DNA of 64,000 bases from the NCBI GenBank assembly GCA_963796275.1, contig CAWCKY010000002.1, forward strand, positions 1 to 64,000, written 5' to 3'. Made by a program: the position numbers and the translations under genes. The number at the start of each line of letters is the position of its first letter. Positions within the stretch are counted from its first letter, which is position 1. The notes under the pieces were generated by a model. It saw only the letters and a list, made by a program, of their open reading frames with translations, was not told the origin of the DNA and did no database searches. Below are positions 60,811 to 64,000 of the stretch, in pieces. The stretch comes from an uncultured Acidobacteriota bacterium. Its GTDB lineage: Bacteria; Acidobacteriota; Blastocatellia; RBC074.

Positions 60811-61428
60811 GTGATCACTGAAGACTTACCAGTCGTGTTCATTGTCGACGACGACGCGAATGTTCGCCGATCGATCCAGGATCTTTTGTCGTCGGTGGCG
60901 TTGCGGTCTGAGGAGTTCGCGACGCCGCAGGAGTTTCTCGATAGCAAACACATAGACTGCCCGGGTTGCCTGGTTCTCGACGTCAGACTTCCGGGCATGA
61001 GCGGTTTAGATTGTCAACGTAGACTGACCGAAGCCGGAGTGACCATTCCAATCATCTTCATCACCGGACACGGTGATGTCCCAATGACAGTTCAGGCAAT
61101 GAAATCGGGCGCCGTTGAATTCCTGACGAAGCCTTTTAGGCCTCAGGAACTGCTCGACGCAGTTCAGCAGGCGCTCGAGCGGGACAGAAATTTGCGCGAA
61201 AAACGTCAGGAGACAGCGGAGGTGCGAACCCGCTACGAGACGCTGACCGCCCGCGAACGCGAGGTGATGGAACTGGTGGTTTCGGGCCTGCTCAATAAAC
61301 AGATAGCCGCGAAGCTCGGGACCGGCGAACATACAGTGAAAATTCATCGCGGCCACATGATGGAAAAAATGAAGGCCGACTCGCTCCCCACTCTAATCAG
61401 AATGGCGGACACGTTGAAATCTAGCTAG
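60811..61428 (+). CDS. FixJ/NodW-type response regulator (receiver + LuxR HTH)
   Basis: IVDDD, LVLDVRLPGMSG, ITGHGD, FLTKP, LTAREREV…NKQIA…TVKIHR. Confidence 0.95.
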   Translation: MITEDLPVVFIVDDDANVRRSIQDLLSSVALRSEEFATPQEFLDSKHIDCPGCLVLDVRLPGMSGLDCQRRLTEAGVTIPIIFITGHGDVPMTVQAMKSGAVEFLTKPFRPQELLDAVQQALERDRNLREKRQETAEVRTRYETLTAREREVMELVVSGLLNKQIAAKLGTGEHTVKIHRGHMMEKMKADSLPTLIRMADTLKSS

Positions 61429-61612
61429 CAAACCCATCGCGTACCCGACAACCGAACCGGCTTTCGCGCAGCGATTTCCTCATTCAGACCAAGATACACT
61501 CCCAACGTTTCATTAACTACCCACCAGCGGTCGGATGCCATGTAACCAAAGTTCAATTCGGCGCAACCAACGTGTAATAGTTTCAGCTCGCCGCGCCAAG
61601 TAAACTCGTACC

Positions 61613-62014
61613 GTGATCAGCAAGAGTAGCTCGCAATTAGTTGCTATCGTCGATGATGATCGATCGGTCCAGCGTGCGCTAAAGGATCTGATGGAATCTG
61701 CCGGGCTTTCGGCGCGGTGCTTCGGATCAGCGGAAGAATTCCTTGAGTCGGACCAGCGGAACCCGACCGCCTGCCTAGTCGCGGACATTCGCATGCCGGG
61801 GATGTCAGGCCTCGAACTGCAAGCGCAGCTAAAGGCTGAGGGATATCACATTCCAATGATCTTCATCACGGCGCACGATGACCCAAAGACGAAGATGCAG
61901 GCGATGAAAGCAGGCGCGATAGAGTTCCTGTCCAAGCCCTTCGATGATGAAGATTTGCTTGAGAAGGTCCGCGCCTTCGCCTGTTGGGAAGTGGCTGAAT
62001 GCCCCGACCGATAA
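61613..62014 (+). CDS. Single-domain response regulator (C-terminus reads into the ndh fragment)
   Basis: IVDDD…VADIRMPGMSG…ITAH…FLSKPF. Confidence 0.88.
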   Translation: MISKSSSQLVAIVDDDRSVQRALKDLMESAGLSARCFGSAEEFLESDQRNPTACLVADIRMPGMSGLELQAQLKAEGYHIPMIFITAHDDPKTKMQAMKAGAIEFLSKPFDDEDLLEKVRAFACWEVAECPDR

Positions 62015-62495
62015 GGCCGGGCGCGTGCGCGTCGAACGGGATTGCAGCATCCCAGGCTATCCGGAGGTCTTCGTGATCGGGGACACAGCCTCGCTCGATC
62101 AGGACAGCAAGCCCTTGCCAGGCGTCGCGCAAGTGGCCATGCAGCAGGGGCGTTATGTCGGCCAAGTAATTGCCAATCGTGTAAGCAAGCTTCCTGGGCC
62201 GCCTCCATTTCGTTATTCCGACAAAGGCAACTTGGCAGTCATCGGTCGCGGCTTCGCCGTCCTGGACTCGGGATTCGTAAAAATGAGCGGGCATTTGGCG
62301 TGGCTGGCTTGGGCCTTCATTCATCTTCTATTTCTGCCTGCGGAAGGCAACCGAATGCGAGTATGGACACAATGGCTCTGGTCGTATTTAACCCATCAGC
62401 GCAGCTCTCAACTCATCGTCGAGCCGGCGGCCAGACAGGCGCCTGAGTTCGGCCTGGATCGGCCCGATATCACCGACTGGAAGTGGCCAGTTTAG
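61975..62495 (+). pseudogene. Type II NADH dehydrogenase (Ndh-like) C-terminal fragment
   Basis: PSPVGKWL…GRVRV…VFVIGD…PLPGVAQVAMQQG…FRYSDKGNLAVIGR…AWLAWAFIHL; the N-terminal FAD/NADH-binding part is absent. Confidence 0.85.
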
Positions 62496-62547
62496 ATCTA
62501 TTCGCGTGATCAGGTCTTTAACATTTTTAGCAAGGGAGAACGCAAAA

Positions 62548-64000
62548 ATGACTAAAGTAATGAAAGCAGAGAGACAAAACAAGTCTGGTCCCGCCACCTC
62601 AAAGGAATACGACATGACGAAGCTCCTCGAGCAATACGGACGCGGGCCGATTCAATTTACCGGAGAGGAGGATTCGCTTTACAAACGGCACCTCGTTTTT
62701 GACAACGTTATGGAAATAACGACGATCGGCGCACGCGAGCGTTTTGAGGCCATTGCCCGCTCTGTGCGCGACGTTCTCTCTCAGAGATGGGTGGCCACCG
62801 AGAAGACTTACGAGCGCGAGAATACGAAGCGCGTTTATTATCTCTCGATGGAGTTTCTCATCGGCCGTTCGTTGGCGAACAACATAACCAACCTTCTGCT
62901 CGATCCGATCGTGAACGAGGTAGTCAGGCGGGACAATATCGATTGGTACGAACTGCTGGAGCAGGAACCCGATGCGGGCCTGGGCAACGGCGGGCTGGGG
63001 CGCCTGGCGGCCTGCTTCCTCGATTCAATGGCGACGATGCAAATACCGGCTATGGGGTATGGCCTACGCTACGAATACGGTATCTTCAAACAGGCCATCC
63101 AAGAAGGCTGGCAGCATGAACTTCCAGACAACTGGCTTCGTCGCCCGGACCCCTGGGAGGTGTGTCGCCCGTACGAGACGGTGGAGGTGACGCTCAACTG
63201 CTCGTTCGAGGTACGGGGTGGCACCTTGCGCGCCGTGGTCGGCTGGCCATCCGTTATGATCGGCGTCCCGTTCGATCGCCCCGTGGTAGGCTACGGCGGC
63301 AAGACCATCAATACACTTCGCCTCTGGGCTGCGGCGGCGCACGATTATTTCAACTTTCAAGAATTCAGCAGCGGCGATTTCGTCGGGGCGCTGGCGGAGA
63401 CGCTTGAGGCCGAGTCGCTGACTCGGGTTTTGTATCCCGACGACCACACAAGCATGGGGCAAGGATTGCGCTTTGTGCAGGAGTATTTTCTCGTCGCCTG
63501 CTCGCTCGCTGATCTCGTGCGGCGCTTCCGGGCGAACAATCGCGACTGGAGTGCGCTTCCTGAAAAAGTCGCCATCCAGCTCAATGATACACATCCGACG
63601 ATGGCGGTCCCCGAGTTGATGCGGATTCTGCTCGACGATGCGCATCTCGGTTGGGACGAGGCCTGGGACCTCACACAAAAGACTCTGGCGTACACCAATC
63701 ACACACTACTCCCCGAAGCTCTTGAGAAATGGCCGCTCGCATGGTTCGAGGTCATGCTGCCGCGCCACTTGGAGATCATCCTCGAGATCAATCGCCGTCT
63801 ACTCGATGAGGTTAGGAGCCGGTATCCGGGCGATGAGGGGCGCGTCCAGCGCGCGAGCCTCATTGAGGAAGGTCCAACCAAGCATGTCCGAATGGCAAAC
63901 CTGGCGATCGTTGGCTCGCACAGCACCAACGGCGTCGCTGCGATTCATTCCCATCTTCTCCGCACAGTAACGGTCAAGGACCTGGCCGAATTGTTTCCCA
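62548..64000 (+). CDS. glgP: Glycogen/starch phosphorylase (5' part; runs off the window)
   Basis: KRVYYLSMEFLIGR, EPDAGLGNGGLGRLAACFLDS, GYGLRYEYGIF, VLYPDD, IQLNDTHP, YTNHTLLPEALE, RMANLA…NGVAAIH. Confidence 0.95.
   Translation, partial: MTKVMKAERQNKSGPATSKEYDMTKLLEQYGRGPIQFTGEEDSLYKRHLVFDNVMEITTIGARERFEAIARSVRDVLSQRWVATEKTYERENTKRVYYLSMEFLIGRSLANNITNLLLDPIVNEVVRRDNIDWYELLEQEPDAGLGNGGLGRLAACFLDSMATMQIPAMGYGLRYEYGIFKQAIQEGWQHELPDNWLRRPDPWEVCRPYETVEVTLNCSFEVRGGTLRAVVGWPSVMIGVPFDRPVVGYGGKTINTLRLWAAAAHDYFNFQEFSSGDFVGALAETLEAESLTRVLYPDDHTSMGQGLRFVQEYFLVACSLADLVRRFRANNRDWSALPEKVAIQLNDTHPTMAVPELMRILLDDAHLGWDEAWDLTQKTLAYTNHTLLPEALEKWPLAWFEVMLPRHLEIILEINRRLLDEVRSRYPGDEGRVQRASLIEEGPTKHVRMANLAIVGSHSTNGVAAIHSHLLRTVTVKDLAELFP

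Overview
The window looks like an accessory region of an Acidobacteria-like genome. This is inferred from the carboxypeptidase-domain TonB receptor, the ECF sigma/Ser-Thr kinase-WD40 pair and the SYLF protein. (1) <1-15.8 kb, minus strand: an MbtH-fusion gene and a >4,900-codon NRPS that runs off the left edge, with layout C-A(Ile/Val)-T-E/C-A(Thr)-T-E/C-A(Ala)-NMT-T-C-A(Asp/Glu)-FkbM OMT. It is built from near-identical internal duplications and split by a single +1 frameshift. (2) 17-24.5 kb: a frameshifted TonB-dependent receptor, an amidase and an IscB/omegaRNA element with a C-terminally truncated IscB. (3) 25-39.5 kb, the best candidate for an undescribed system: a minus-strand operon with a -24/-12 sigma54 promoter, an IHF site and a phased ~21-bp repeat array, plus a convergent bEBP gene at its far end. 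It encodes an acidic-flanked amphipathic protein, a soluble HEXXH/M48-like peptidase, a 567-aa unknown protein, signal-peptide-less multidomain peptidoglycan hydrolases with shared acidic Phe/Trp-Glu tags at the N-terminus and between domains, an M20 dipeptidase and an amidohydrolase. (4) 39.7-48.9 kb: a decayed patchwork of TnpB and integrase remnants, a DUF433/PIN toxin-antitoxin pair with a dead toxin, stress-type genes and a 16-bp palindrome present three times. (5) 48.9-64 kb: a B12 radical SAM enzyme, ECF sigma plus kinase-WD40, a cupin, a SnoaL-PAS histidine kinase with two response regulators, an ndh fragment and the 5' part of glgP. Several non-autonomous IS200/IS605 right-end (guide RNA scaffold) elements are scattered through the region. 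All domain calls come from motif recognition by eye, not database searches.
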